From: Spirochaetia bacterium
GTDB lineage: Bacteria; Spirochaetota; Spirochaetia; SZUA-6; Bin103
Length of the DNA stretch: 64,000 bases
Assembly (NCBI GenBank): GCA_965203515.1
Contig: OZ241907.1
Coordinates: forward strand, 1,760,001 to 1,824,000
Reading direction: 5' to 3'
Of the stretch, positions 21,732 through 31,061 are shown piece after piece. The notes under the pieces were generated by a model. The model did no database searches. It saw nothing but the letters and a program-made list of their open reading frames with translations, and had not been told where the DNA came from. The first letter of the stretch is position 1, and each line of letters begins with the position of its first letter. The position numbers were made by a program, and so were the translations under genes.

Positions 21732-22708
21732 ATGGCTATCGCCAAGACCGCCGTTGGGCCGCCCCGTCCCGACACGGCTGCCGCGCCGGAGCCCGAGTTC
21801 CCCGGCTGCACGCCGGTCCATCTGCCGGCAGACGAGATCGAACGCAGCGACCAGCGGTTGGAGTACTGGGACGGCGCTACCGAGACCGCCTGGATCTGCG
21901 AACCGGTCAGCCCCTGTCACGAGCGGCCGCCGGCCGCCTGACCCGGCTCACCGAACGGATCGCGCAGCTGCGCGGCGCGCCGATCGAAAGCTACGGCTCG
22001 ATGGACCTGCGGCAGCACGACGGGCCGCGCAGCATCATGCAGGCCGACGAGTCGGTGTACCTGCATCCGGGCAGCGCGCGGTTGCCGGGACCGTCGGCGA
22101 TGGTGATCGGCGTGGACGACTATCCCGACGTGGTGCTGGAGGTCGACCACACCACCGACGTGCGGCGCGGCAAGCTGGGGCTGTACGAGTCGTGGGGGTT
22201 CCCGGAGGTATGGGTGGAGGTGCCGGACGAGACCGCGCCGAGCCGCCCGCGGGGCCGGCGGCCGGGGCTGACGATCCACCTGCTGGAGGCCGGCGCGTAC
22301 CGGGCGGCGCCGGAGAGCCGGGCGTTTCCGGGCTGGACGGCGGAGGAGATCCACTTGGCGCTGAACGAACCGGCGCTGTCGGCGCAGACCAGCGCGATAC
22401 TGGAGCGGGTGGGGAGGGCGCTCGGCAAGCGGGAGGGCACCGGGCCGGACCACGATCCGCTGCTGCGGTCGCAACGGCGCCGCGGGTACGAGCGCGGCCT
22501 GGAGCACGGGCGGGCGGAGGAACGCGCGCTGCTGTGCCGGCAGGCGGCGCGGAAGTTCGACGACGACACGGCGCAACGGCTCGCAGTGCTGCTGGAGCGG
22601 ACCGCCGATCCGGACCGCCTGGCGCAGGCCGGCGACTGGATCATCGAGTGCGCGACCGGAGCCGAGCTCCTCGACCGGGTAGCAGGCAACACCGCGCGCC
22701 GGACGTGA
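21732..22708 (+). pseudogene. Uma2-family endonuclease, frameshift near 21930
   Basis: 'RLEYWDG..ETAWICEP.SPCHE' then a shifted frame with 'MQADESVYLHP', 'PDVVLEVD', 'YESWGFPEVW'; helical C-terminal tail. Confidence 0.75.
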
Positions 22709-22797
22709 CCCGCGGGGGCCAAAATGGCGCAGCGGACGACTTCCACTGACCAAGGCCGCACCGCATGATGGGCGAAGCACGCTGATCGCACGACATT

Positions 22798-22832
22798 CTT
22801 GAAAATCGGTAGTTGACCTATCGATTTTCAAG
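22798..22832. promoter_or_regulatory. AT-rich dyad (15-bp arms, one mismatch), operator-like
   Basis: CTTGAAAATCGGTAG-ttgac-CTATCGATTTTCAAG. Confidence 0.6.
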
Positions 22833-22836
22833 GATC

Positions 22837-22985
22837 ATGCCCGTTCGATGCGCGTCGCTCTGGCCGACCTGGGGCTGGATCACCTCTGGGTCCTCTATCC
22901 GGGTGACCGGACCTACCCGCTGGACGACCGGATCACGGTACTACCGGCGGCGCTGATTCCACGTCTGGCGAAGTCGATTCGGTAG
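22837..22985 (+). pseudogene. C-terminal remnant of an AAA_14/DUF4143 ATP-binding protein
   Basis: 'SMRVALADLGLDHLWVLYPGDRTYPLDDRITVLP' resembles the C-terminus of that family; the rest of the gene is absent. Confidence 0.55.
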
Positions 22986-23850
22986 ATGCTTGGCGGGTCC
23001 AGGCACGAGTGCGTCGCGCCAGCTCGCCCACGGCGCCCGCTCCTTCGTCCACGAATCGCGCCACGCGACCGAAGCGCAGGTCGAGATACTCGTGCGCCAT
23101 CAGGTTGCGCACCGCCGCCAGCGGCGCCGCCAGCGGCTGCAGGCGCTCCGACAGTCCGGTGAAGCCCGGCAGGGTCTCCAGGTCCGCAAGTATCTGGCCG
23201 TAGGAATAGGGCAGCGGCCGGCCGCCGGAGGACAGCACGATCTTGCCGATGTCGATCGCGGCGTTGATCAGCGTCTCCACCCACCGCTCGAGATTGCGCC
23301 GGAGGTCGCGGTCGGATCGATAGCGCCGCTGCGTGATGCCGCGGAAGCGCTCGCGGTCCTGCAGCTCGGTTTCGATGAAGTCCGCGATCCGTTCGAGCCG
23401 GCTGCGGTCGACCGGCGAGAGCGAGCGACTGCGGCCGCGTATCGCGCGATACTCGCCTTCGGTCTGCAGGAAGTCGGTCGCTATCGAGGTGACCGCGAGC
23501 AGATACCGCGTGTAGAACGCCCGGTCCCGCATCAGGACGATGCGTCCGGTCGTGAGCGCCGCGGCGCACACCGTCGCCGGCGCCCGGTTCAGGATCAGAA
23601 GCTCCACGTTGCGCTGCGTCGCTCGCTCCAGGGCGATCTGCAACTCGGTCTCCCGGTCGATCTCCCGGTCCCGTTCGATTTCGAGCCGTCCGCCCGTTGC
23701 GCCGTAGACCGCCACGTCGATGTCCGAATCGGGCCGCATCCGGCCGGCGGCCGCCGATCCGAACAGCACCGCGAACGTCAGCTTCGGAAAGCGTTCCAGC
23801 CCCGCGCCGACCGCCGCGGTGATCTCATCGGCTGCCGCCATCGGATCCAT
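22933..23850 (-). CDS. Fused MNT nucleotidyltransferase-HEPN (DUF86) protein
   Basis: FGSAAAGRMRPDSDID (GS-X10-DxD) and RNLMAHEY (R-X4-H-X-Y) in one 305-aa ORF. Confidence 0.85.
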   Translation of the reverse strand: MDPMAAADEITAAVGAGLERFPKLTFAVLFGSAAAGRMRPDSDIDVAVYGATGGRLEIERDREIDRETELQIALERATQRNVELLILNRAPATVCAAALTTGRIVLMRDRAFYTRYLLAVTSIATDFLQTEGEYRAIRGRSRSLSPVDRSRLERIADFIETELQDRERFRGITQRRYRSDRDLRRNLERWVETLINAAIDIGKIVLSSGGRPLPYSYGQILADLETLPGFTGLSERLQPLAAPLAAVRNLMAHEYLDLRFGRVARFVDEGAGAVGELARRTRAWTRQASTESTSPDVESAPPVVP

Positions 23851-23889
23851 CGTCTCATACCGGCGCGCAGCCGGCCTCCTCGTCCCTGC

Positions 23890-24885
23890 CTATCCCTCGG
23901 GCAGCACGTGCACGGCGCGCAGGATCGTCTCCTGCACGGCAAGCTCATGATCGAGCGAGCGGTCGGGCGCGCGCTCGCCGCGGATCACCCCAACGATCGC
24001 CCGCAGGCTGCCGACGTAGCGCGGCTCGTCCGCCACCGGAACCGGCTGCGGCCCCTTGCGGAACCCGTCGCGGTCCGCGTCCAGGCTCAGCCGTACCGAC
24101 GGCGGCTCGATCGGGCTGAGCGCAACCGAGCCGCGCGTGCCGTGCACCTCCAGCCGGCGGGCGCCATGGTCGACCTCGAAGGCGGTCGACTGCAGCAACG
24201 CCAGCGCCCGCGGGTACTCCAGGATCACGGCCGTATTGTTCACGGCGCCGGCAAGCGATGCGGCGTGGTCGCGCAGGATGCCGGTGACGTGCTGCGGCCG
24301 CCCCAGCAGCGCCACCACCAGATCGATCACGTGGCACAGGATTTCATACGCCGGCCCGCCCGGAAGCCGCGTCAGCGTGGCCCGTGCGGACTGCGTGCCG
24401 GTCAGCGAGATGTGCCCCTGCACGGCGTGGATATCTCCCAACCGTCCGGAGCGCGCCCAGTCGAGCAGGAACCGCGCGCCCGGATTGTACCGGAACATAT
24501 AGCCAAGCTGGACGAGCAGGTTGCGCTCACGGGCGGTCTCCACCACTCGCCGGAACGCCTCCATGTCGAGGCCGGCCGGCTTGTCCAGCCACACGTGCTT
24601 GCCGGCGCCGACCGCGCGCTGCGCCCACCCGAGGCCCTGGAAGACGTCCCCTTCGACCGCTACCGCCTTGACCGTCGGGTCGGACAGCGCCTCATCGGCA
24701 TCGGCCAGCCAGCGCACGCCGGCGTACGCGGCCTGCTGCCCGGCCGCCGCGCGCCGCTCGGCGTCCGGTTCCCACACGCCTGCCAACTCCACGTCGGGGT
24801 TGTCGGCCATGACCTGCGCCTTGCCGGCCGCGTGCGAGTGACCGACGCCGAACTGTGCGAAGCGAATCGGAGGAAGACTGCTCAT
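23890..24885 (-). CDS. Gfo/Idh/MocA family oxidoreductase
   Basis: 'AGKHVWLDKP', 'GYMFRYNP', 'LCHVIDL'. Confidence 0.9.
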   Translation of the reverse strand: MSSLPPIRFAQFGVGHSHAAGKAQVMADNPDVELAGVWEPDAERRAAAGQQAAYAGVRWLADADEALSDPTVKAVAVEGDVFQGLGWAQRAVGAGKHVWLDKPAGLDMEAFRRVVETARERNLLVQLGYMFRYNPGARFLLDWARSGRLGDIHAVQGHISLTGTQSARATLTRLPGGPAYEILCHVIDLVVALLGRPQHVTGILRDHAASLAGAVNNTAVILEYPRALALLQSTAFEVDHGARRLEVHGTRGSVALSPIEPPSVRLSLDADRDGFRKGPQPVPVADEPRYVGSLRAIVGVIRGERAPDRSLDHELAVQETILRAVHVLPEG

Positions 24886-26303
24886 GCCGGCAGCATAGTG
24901 TCACCGGTGGCGCGCTGCCAGTCGCGGACCCGCGCGGTCAAGGCGCGGCAGCGCTCGGCGTGTTCCGGGCGGAAGGCGAGGTTGACGGTCTCGCCCGGAT
25001 CGACGTTCAGATCGTACAGCTCGTGCTGGCCGGCGGCGCTCAGGCAGAACTTCCAGCCGTCCGGGGCGATGACGCAGCGCACGCGGTCCGCCAAGTCGGC
25101 CAGCCCGGCTGCGCGCGTGGTGATCCGGGCAAGATAGCCGGGCAGCGGGTCGCGTTGCAGATCGTCATGGACGAGGTAGTTGATGCCGGTCCACTCCACG
25201 AACGCGGGCCGCGCCGGCGGGCCGGCGCCGTCCAGCCACGGCGTGAGCGAGCGGCCCTGCAGGTGGCCGGGCGCGGCGATGCCGAGCTCGTCCAACACGG
25301 TCGGCGCGACGTCGACGTGGCTCACCGGCGCGCGCACGTGCCGGGCGCCGCGCTGTCCCGGCCGGCTGATCAGCAGCGGCACGCCGATCGACTCCTCGAA
25401 CATCAGGTTCTTGCCGAACAACTGGTGGCTGCCGGCCAGTTCGCCGTGATCGGCGGTGAAGATGACCAGCGTGTCGTCGGTCACGCCGGCGGCGTCGAGC
25501 TGATCGAACACCCGCCCCAGGGCGCGGTCGACCTGCGCGCAGAGCCCCCAGTAGCGCTGGATCAGCAGGCGCCATGCCTGCTCGGACCGTAGCGAGATGC
25601 CGTCCTTGCCGTGCCGCAGCACGCACCGGTGCTCCAGCAGCGCCTTGCGCGGCTGATCCGGGGCCGGCGGACAGGACCAGTTGGCCGGCAGGGGCACCTG
25701 GTCGAAGGGATGCAGGTCGTTCAGCGGGCCGGACAGCGGATCGTGCGGCTCGTAGAAGCAGAGGGTGAGGGCGAACGGCCGGCGGCAGTGTCGGCGGATG
25801 AAGTCGCACGCCTTGGCGGCGATGTTGGCCGGCCCGCCCAGATGCTCCGGTATGGAGGGGCGGTCCCGCTTGCCGAAGCGGACGCCATCCAGCGGCGTCA
25901 GGCCGTGCGCGCGCAGCACCGACGCCGGCGCGCCGTCGTCGAAGTCGAGCTCGTCGATGCCGCCGGCGCGCGGCGCCGGTCCGCCGGCATAGCGATGGTG
26001 GCCGCTGCGGCCGAAGAACCCGCACGCCCAGCGGTCGTCGAGCAGATCGGTCAGGCACGGGACGTGGTCGTGCATCGGATGCCGGTCCAGCGTGAGCTGG
26101 CCGTTGTAGTGCGGCCAGGTGCCGCTGAAGAGCGCGGCGCGCGCCGGACCGCAGACCGGTTGCGCGCAGTACGCGCGGTGAAAGACCGTGCTGCGCTCGG
26201 CCAGCGCGTTCAGGCGCGGCACCCGGATGCGGTCGTTGCCGTAGGCGGCCAGGGTGGAGCGCGCCTGTTGGTCGGTGACGATCAGCAGGAGGTTGGGCGT
26301 CAT
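24882..26303 (-). CDS. Sulfatase
   Basis: 'PNLLLIVTDQ', CxPxR (CGPAR), 'FTADHGE', 'ELYDL..DPGE'. Confidence 0.92.
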   Translation of the reverse strand: MTPNLLLIVTDQQARSTLAAYGNDRIRVPRLNALAERSTVFHRAYCAQPVCGPARAALFSGTWPHYNGQLTLDRHPMHDHVPCLTDLLDDRWACGFFGRSGHHRYAGGPAPRAGGIDELDFDDGAPASVLRAHGLTPLDGVRFGKRDRPSIPEHLGGPANIAAKACDFIRRHCRRPFALTLCFYEPHDPLSGPLNDLHPFDQVPLPANWSCPPAPDQPRKALLEHRCVLRHGKDGISLRSEQAWRLLIQRYWGLCAQVDRALGRVFDQLDAAGVTDDTLVIFTADHGELAGSHQLFGKNLMFEESIGVPLLISRPGQRGARHVRAPVSHVDVAPTVLDELGIAAPGHLQGRSLTPWLDGAGPPARPAFVEWTGINYLVHDDLQRDPLPGYLARITTRAAGLADLADRVRCVIAPDGWKFCLSAAGQHELYDLNVDPGETVNLAFRPEHAERCRALTARVRDWQRATGDTMLPA

Positions 26304-26348
26304 GCCGGATGCGAAAGACGCGTACGCGCAGGCGGCTGCCGGAAGCGG

Positions 26349-27140
26349 CTACCCGGCGGCGGCGGTCTCCCGGACGAGGCGGCGCTCGTGGTCCGGCCGG
26401 CCGTCCGGCTGCGGGGTGATCGGCGCGCCGGCCGGCATGTAGATCACGTTCATGGCCCTCCGCCGGCGGCCGGTCGGGTTGGGGTCGGAACCGTGCAGCA
26501 CGCGCGGGTCGAGCAGATAGGACTCGCCGGCCGCGGCGGTCAGGACCACCCGTTCCCGGTCGCCGTCCTGCGCGGCGGCGCGGGCACGGGCGCGGGCGGT
26601 CACCTCCTGCCACGGCAGGCCGTCGGCGTCGAAGTGCTGGCTGCCGGGCAGGACGTACATCGCCCCGTTGTCCGGGCCGGCATCGTCGAGCGCGGTCCAG
26701 ATCGTGCAGTACGGCGTGCCGGGAACGGGAAAGCCGGCGCCGGTGTCCTGGTGCCAGCTCAGCGCCGTGCCGCCGTGCGCGGGCTTCATCAGGATCATGG
26801 CCCGGTGAATCGCCAGCGGCCGCGGTACCAGCCGGCCGATCACCTCCAGCATGGCCGAACCGGCGATCACGGGGTAGAACACCGGGTCCCACTCCAGACC
26901 GCCGATCTTGCGGTAGCCGTCGGACGGGCCGGCGTAGGCGTAGCCGGTGGCGTCGCCGGCCGTGCGGCGCCAACCTTCGTCGAGCTGGAAGCCGACGCGG
27001 CCGGGAGGGACGCGGCCGGCGGTCAGGTCGTCGGTGCGGCGGCGGAGCGCAGCCAGCTCCGCGGCGCTCAACAGCGCGCCGAGCGGCAGGTAGCCGCCGG
27101 CGTGGAAGCGGTCGAGCTGCTCGCCGGTGAGCGCGGCCAT
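26349..27140 (-). CDS. PhyH-like dioxygenase
   Basis: WHQD, 'NGAMYVLPGS', distal LHGS. Confidence 0.85.
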   Translation of the reverse strand: MAALTGEQLDRFHAGGYLPLGALLSAAELAALRRRTDDLTAGRVPPGRVGFQLDEGWRRTAGDATGYAYAGPSDGYRKIGGLEWDPVFYPVIAGSAMLEVIGRLVPRPLAIHRAMILMKPAHGGTALSWHQDTGAGFPVPGTPYCTIWTALDDAGPDNGAMYVLPGSQHFDADGLPWQEVTARARARAAAQDGDRERVVLTAAAGESYLLDPRVLHGSDPNPTGRRRRAMNVIYMPAGAPITPQPDGRPDHERRLVRETAAAG

Positions 27141-27144
27141 CGAT

Positions 27145-27543
27145 CTAGCCGGCGGGCGGCGCGCCGCGCAGCTTTTCCAGGATGAACTCGTTGCCCAGGC
27201 CGTAGGTCTTCGAGTCATCCATGAGCAGCGCCATGTTCGGGAAGCTGACGATCCGCCATCCGTCGTTCATCGCCTCCAACACGCTCTGGTAGGGCCAGTC
27301 CTCGGGCGCCTCCGGGCACGCCTGCACCGCGCCGTCCTCGACCAGGGCCATGCCGTTGACCTTGGAGGTGACCGAGGAGAACAGGGTCCACAGGTAGAGG
27401 ATATCCTGGCGTTGGCGCTGCGCGTTGCCGGCCGCCGCGCGGGCGGCGTCGGCGCACGCGCGCAGCCGCTCCACCGGCAGGCGGCCCGCCTCCAGGAGGT
27501 GAACGCACTGCTGCAGCTCGCCGGCCAGATCGTTCGCGTCCAT
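27145..27543 (-). CDS. Small hypothetical protein, paralog of 28216-28509
   Basis: Shares RQD.LYL / DWPY..V.EAM.DGWRIV.FP.MALL.DD..TYGLG.EFILE with the paralog. Confidence 0.75.
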   Translation of the reverse strand: MDANDLAGELQQCVHLLEAGRLPVERLRACADAARAAAGNAQRQRQDILYLWTLFSSVTSKVNGMALVEDGAVQACPEAPEDWPYQSVLEAMNDGWRIVSFPNMALLMDDSKTYGLGNEFILEKLRGAPPAG

Positions 27544-27718
27544 GGATGCCACACTGCTCCCCGCCGCGCCTCCTGTCAATCGCGCGCAGGGACGGGGGGC
27601 GCGGCCGGTCCGGCGTCTTGCCTCTGTCTTTGCGCGGTCGTTGCGCGCGCTGGCCGGTTTGGCGATAATCGCGCGGCACGAGGGAGCGGGCGGCCGGCCC
27701 GCCTCGGAGGAGGAACAC

Positions 27719-28219
27719 ATGAGCTTACGGAAGACGACGATCGCCTCGTTGGCGGCGGCGGCGGTGATCGCGGCGGCCTCCACGGCAACCGCTCAGGAGA
27801 GCGGCACCTATCGGTCGGTCAGCAGCTTTCTCCATGGGTACGTCACGGTCGAGCATGACGGGGAGACCTACGTCGGCGGGCCGCTCAAAGGGACGATGAC
27901 GATCGTCGAGAGCAGCGGCGGGCCGTTCGTCGTCGGCGCTAACACCATCGCGGAATGCGTGGTCTTCTCCCGGAATCGGGCCGACGGCCTGCTCATCGAG
28001 GCGCCGTGCGTATTCATGGGCGCAGGCGACGACGTGCTCCATACGTATGCGATACGGAAGGAGGGCACCCTGGCGGTCGGCGGCGGCGGCGAGGGCACGT
28101 GGGAGCTGCGGGGCGGCACCGGCAAGTACGCGCGGATCACGGGAAGCTGCTCCTACCGGACCGAGTACCTGAAAGGCGACCGAGTGGTGGTCAGCTCCGA
28201 CTGCACCTGGAGCCGATGA
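27719..28219 (+). CDS. Secreted small beta-rich protein
   Basis: GGAGG RBS; signal peptide ending ATA-Q; 'WELRGGTGKYARITG' hairpin typical of small beta-barrels. Confidence 0.7.
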   Translation: MSLRKTTIASLAAAAVIAAASTATAQESGTYRSVSSFLHGYVTVEHDGETYVGGPLKGTMTIVESSGGPFVVGANTIAECVVFSRNRADGLLIEAPCVFMGAGDDVLHTYAIRKEGTLAVGGGGEGTWELRGGTGKYARITGSCSYRTEYLKGDRVVVSSDCTWSR

Positions 28220-28509
28220 CGAACCCGACCGAGATCAAGCGACCGGGCGGCCGGCAGGACCTGCTCTATCTGCAGGCCGAGCAGACCTCGGTGACCAGCC
28301 GGGTGATCGGCATGAGCCTGTTCGTCGATGGGCGGTTCAGCGACGGCCCGGAGGCCGCCGACGATTGGCCGTATCAGACCGTGGCCGAAGCGATGGCGGA
28401 CGGATGGCGCATCGTCAAGTTCCCGGAGATGGCGCTGCTCCTCGACGACCGGCGCACCTACGGATTGGGCTGCGAGTTCATCCTGGAACGATGGAAGGAG
28501 GCGACGTGA
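28216..28509 (+). CDS. Small hypothetical protein, paralog of 27145-27543
   Basis: ATGA and GTGA overlaps on either side; conserved motifs as in the paralog. Confidence 0.75.
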   Translation: MTNPTEIKRPGGRQDLLYLQAEQTSVTSRVIGMSLFVDGRFSDGPEAADDWPYQTVAEAMADGWRIVKFPEMALLLDDRRTYGLGCEFILERWKEAT

Positions 28510-29360
28510 GACTGCACGACTGCGAGCCGACCTTGACCGACTCTCAGGTCTTGGAGTTCTGCAAGCGGGGCTTCCTGATGCTGGAAGCGGTCGTCGGCGA
28601 CGACGTCAACCGGCGGACCGTGGAGTACCTGGAGACCGGCGACAGGGAACCGAGCGACATCCTCCGTCAGGACTGGTTCCTGAACGGCGTGATCCTGCAG
28701 CGCGACGCGGCGGGGGCGGTGCGGTCGCTGCTCGGCCGCGACTTCGGTCTGCCGGTCCTGATGAGCAACCATCGCGTCGCCTGTCCCTCGCCTCGCCAGT
28801 TCTGGCACCGCGACGGCAACTCCCCGCACGGGCCGGCGCTCAATTATCTGCAGGTCTTCTACTACCCGCAGGACGTGCCGCGGGAACTGGGGCCGACCGA
28901 GGTGCTGCCCGGCTCCCACTTCCTCTACACCATGGGGCAACTCCCGCAGAACTACATGGGCCACTACGGCGGTATCAGGGGGTCGGTCTACACCACCGCG
29001 CCGGCCGGTACGATCTTCGTCACCGTCTACTCGATCTGGCATCGCCGCAGCGAGGCGACCGGCTCCGGCGTGCGCAACAACCTCAAGTACAACTACTTCC
29101 GCACGACGGCGCCGCGCCGGGACTGGACCCGCGAAGAGGGGTTCGACTTCGCGACCGCCGACTACGGATTCGGCCAGCCGCTCACCTACCGGCAGCAGCA
29201 CCGCGACACGGTCGACAACGCCGAGATGTTCTGCTGGCTGTGCGGCAAGGCGGACCAGTTTCGCGTGCTGGGCGGTCAGGGGTGGCCGGTGGTCAACTCG
29301 GACAACCATCCGACCGTCGGCCGCCCATACGGGGTTCCGGCGGGGTTGGCTTCCCGGTAG
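28506..29360 (+). CDS. PhyH-like dioxygenase
   Basis: WHRD, 'GPTEVLPGSH', IWHRR; paralog of 53532-54362. Confidence 0.85.
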   Translation: MRLHDCEPTLTDSQVLEFCKRGFLMLEAVVGDDVNRRTVEYLETGDREPSDILRQDWFLNGVILQRDAAGAVRSLLGRDFGLPVLMSNHRVACPSPRQFWHRDGNSPHGPALNYLQVFYYPQDVPRELGPTEVLPGSHFLYTMGQLPQNYMGHYGGIRGSVYTTAPAGTIFVTVYSIWHRRSEATGSGVRNNLKYNYFRTTAPRRDWTREEGFDFATADYGFGQPLTYRQQHRDTVDNAEMFCWLCGKADQFRVLGGQGWPVVNSDNHPTVGRPYGVPAGLASR

Positions 29361-29382
29361 GCCCGGGGCCGCCGGTCGCCGG

Positions 29383-31059
29383 TCACGGCGCTGGCGGCGC
29401 CTCGGCGACCGGCTCGGCGACCGTCACCCGCCGGTTCGTTGCGACGTCGGTCAGGGTCTGGCGGGCGCCGCCCGGCCACTCGATCTCCACGGCGGCGACC
29501 TGCGCCAGGTCGGGTCCCAGGCCGAGGTGGACGATCGCCTCGTTCTGCCCCAGGTAGTTGCTGCCGCCGCTCAGCACCCGCACCAGGCGCCGCTCCGGCT
29601 CCTCGGCGCGCGGGGTCACGGTGATGCGCGCGCCGATCCCCTGCCGGTTGGCGGCCGTCCCCTCCAGGCGGAGCTGCAGCCAGCGGTTCGGGCCCGCGGC
29701 TCCCGGCCGGTTGGTCCGGTTGCGGTACAGCACCGGGCGGCCGCTGTTGTGCACCACGAAGAGGTCGAGGTCGCCGTCCGGCTCCAGGTCGAACACCGCC
29801 AAGCCGGTGCCGACGCCGGTCGCCGCAAGCCCCTCCTGCTGCGCCACCTCGCTGAACCGGCCGTCGCCGTCGTTGCGCCACAGCCGCATCGGGTCGTCGG
29901 CGAAGCCGCCGGTATTGGCGGTGTAGGGAACGTCGCCGGCGTAGTCGACGCCGGTGGCCAGCACCAGGTCGAGATCGCCGTCGTTGTCGTAGTCCAGGAA
30001 GGTGGTGCCCCATCCCCACGATCCGTCCCGCACCCCCGCGGCATCGGTGACGTCCTCGAAGATGCCGTCGCCCTGGTTGCGGTACAGGCGGTTGCCGTCG
30101 CGGTACGGCACGCCTTCCTCGTAGATGGCGCTCACGAACCAGTCGAGGTCGCCGTCGCCGTCGTAATCGCCCACGGCCGATCCCATGCCGTACTCGTCGG
30201 TGCCGACCCGCGCCCGCCTGGTGCCGTTGACGAAGCGCCCGTCGCCCCGGTTCCAGTAGAGCTGGCTGGTGGCGTGGTCGCCGGCTATCACCAGCTCGGG
30301 ATAGAGGTCGTCGTCGAGCAGGACGAAGCGAGAGGTGAGGGTCTGACCCTCGGCCAGCGGATTGACGGAGATGATGCGGTGCTGGGAGACGCCGGCGCGG
30401 CGGGTCACGTCCTCGAACCGGCCCGGCGCCTCCGCCCCCCGGTTGCGCAGCAGGCGCGCATTGCTCTGCGCGCCGTCGGTCATCTGGCGCAGGAAGCGCC
30501 ATTCGGTGGTGTGCAGGTCCAGGAAGCCGTCCAGGTCGTAGTCACCGAACGCGGCGCTGAACCCGAAGTGCAGGTCCTGGCCTTCGATGGCCGCCCCGCG
30601 CGCGGCCGCCTCTTCGGAAAACGAGCCGGCGCCGTCGTTCACGAACAGGTGGAAGCGGTGCGAGAAGAGGCTGGTCACGTACAGGTCGAGGTCGCCGTCG
30701 TTGTCGATGTCGCCCCAGGCGGCGCCGTTGGACTGCACGCCGGCCAGGTGAGCGGGGCCGAAGGCGGCGTCGGTGACGTCCGCGAAGGCGCCGTCGCCGC
30801 GGTTCCGGTACAGGATGTCGCGGTCGTCCAGGCGGGTGACGTACAGATCGACCAGTCCGTCGCCGTCATAGTCGCCGGCGGCCACCCCGCCGGTCGTGTA
30901 GCTCTGCATGGCCGACGGGGTGGCCGCCGAACGCCGGAACTGCACGTAGTCGATGCCGGCGGCGTCCGTCACGTCGACGAAGGTCTGCGCCCCCGCCGTC
31001 GCGGCGACGGCGATGAGGGCGGTCCCGGCCGCCGCGGCGCGGAGCCACGATCCGATCAT
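29383..31059 (-). CDS. CRTAC1/ASPIC-UnbV family secreted FG-GAP repeat protein
   Basis: Signal peptide; multiple DxDxDGxxDL repeats; C-terminal 'GGSNYLGQN...HLGLG...IEWPGG'. Confidence 0.9.
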   Translation of the reverse strand: MIGSWLRAAAAGTALIAVAATAGAQTFVDVTDAAGIDYVQFRRSAATPSAMQSYTTGGVAAGDYDGDGLVDLYVTRLDDRDILYRNRGDGAFADVTDAAFGPAHLAGVQSNGAAWGDIDNDGDLDLYVTSLFSHRFHLFVNDGAGSFSEEAAARGAAIEGQDLHFGFSAAFGDYDLDGFLDLHTTEWRFLRQMTDGAQSNARLLRNRGAEAPGRFEDVTRRAGVSQHRIISVNPLAEGQTLTSRFVLLDDDLYPELVIAGDHATSQLYWNRGDGRFVNGTRRARVGTDEYGMGSAVGDYDGDGDLDWFVSAIYEEGVPYRDGNRLYRNQGDGIFEDVTDAAGVRDGSWGWGTTFLDYDNDGDLDLVLATGVDYAGDVPYTANTGGFADDPMRLWRNDGDGRFSEVAQQEGLAATGVGTGLAVFDLEPDGDLDLFVVHNSGRPVLYRNRTNRPGAAGPNRWLQLRLEGTAANRQGIGARITVTPRAEEPERRLVRVLSGGSNYLGQNEAIVHLGLGPDLAQVAAVEIEWPGGARQTLTDVATNRRVTVAEPVAEAPPAP

Positions 31060-31061
31060 TC

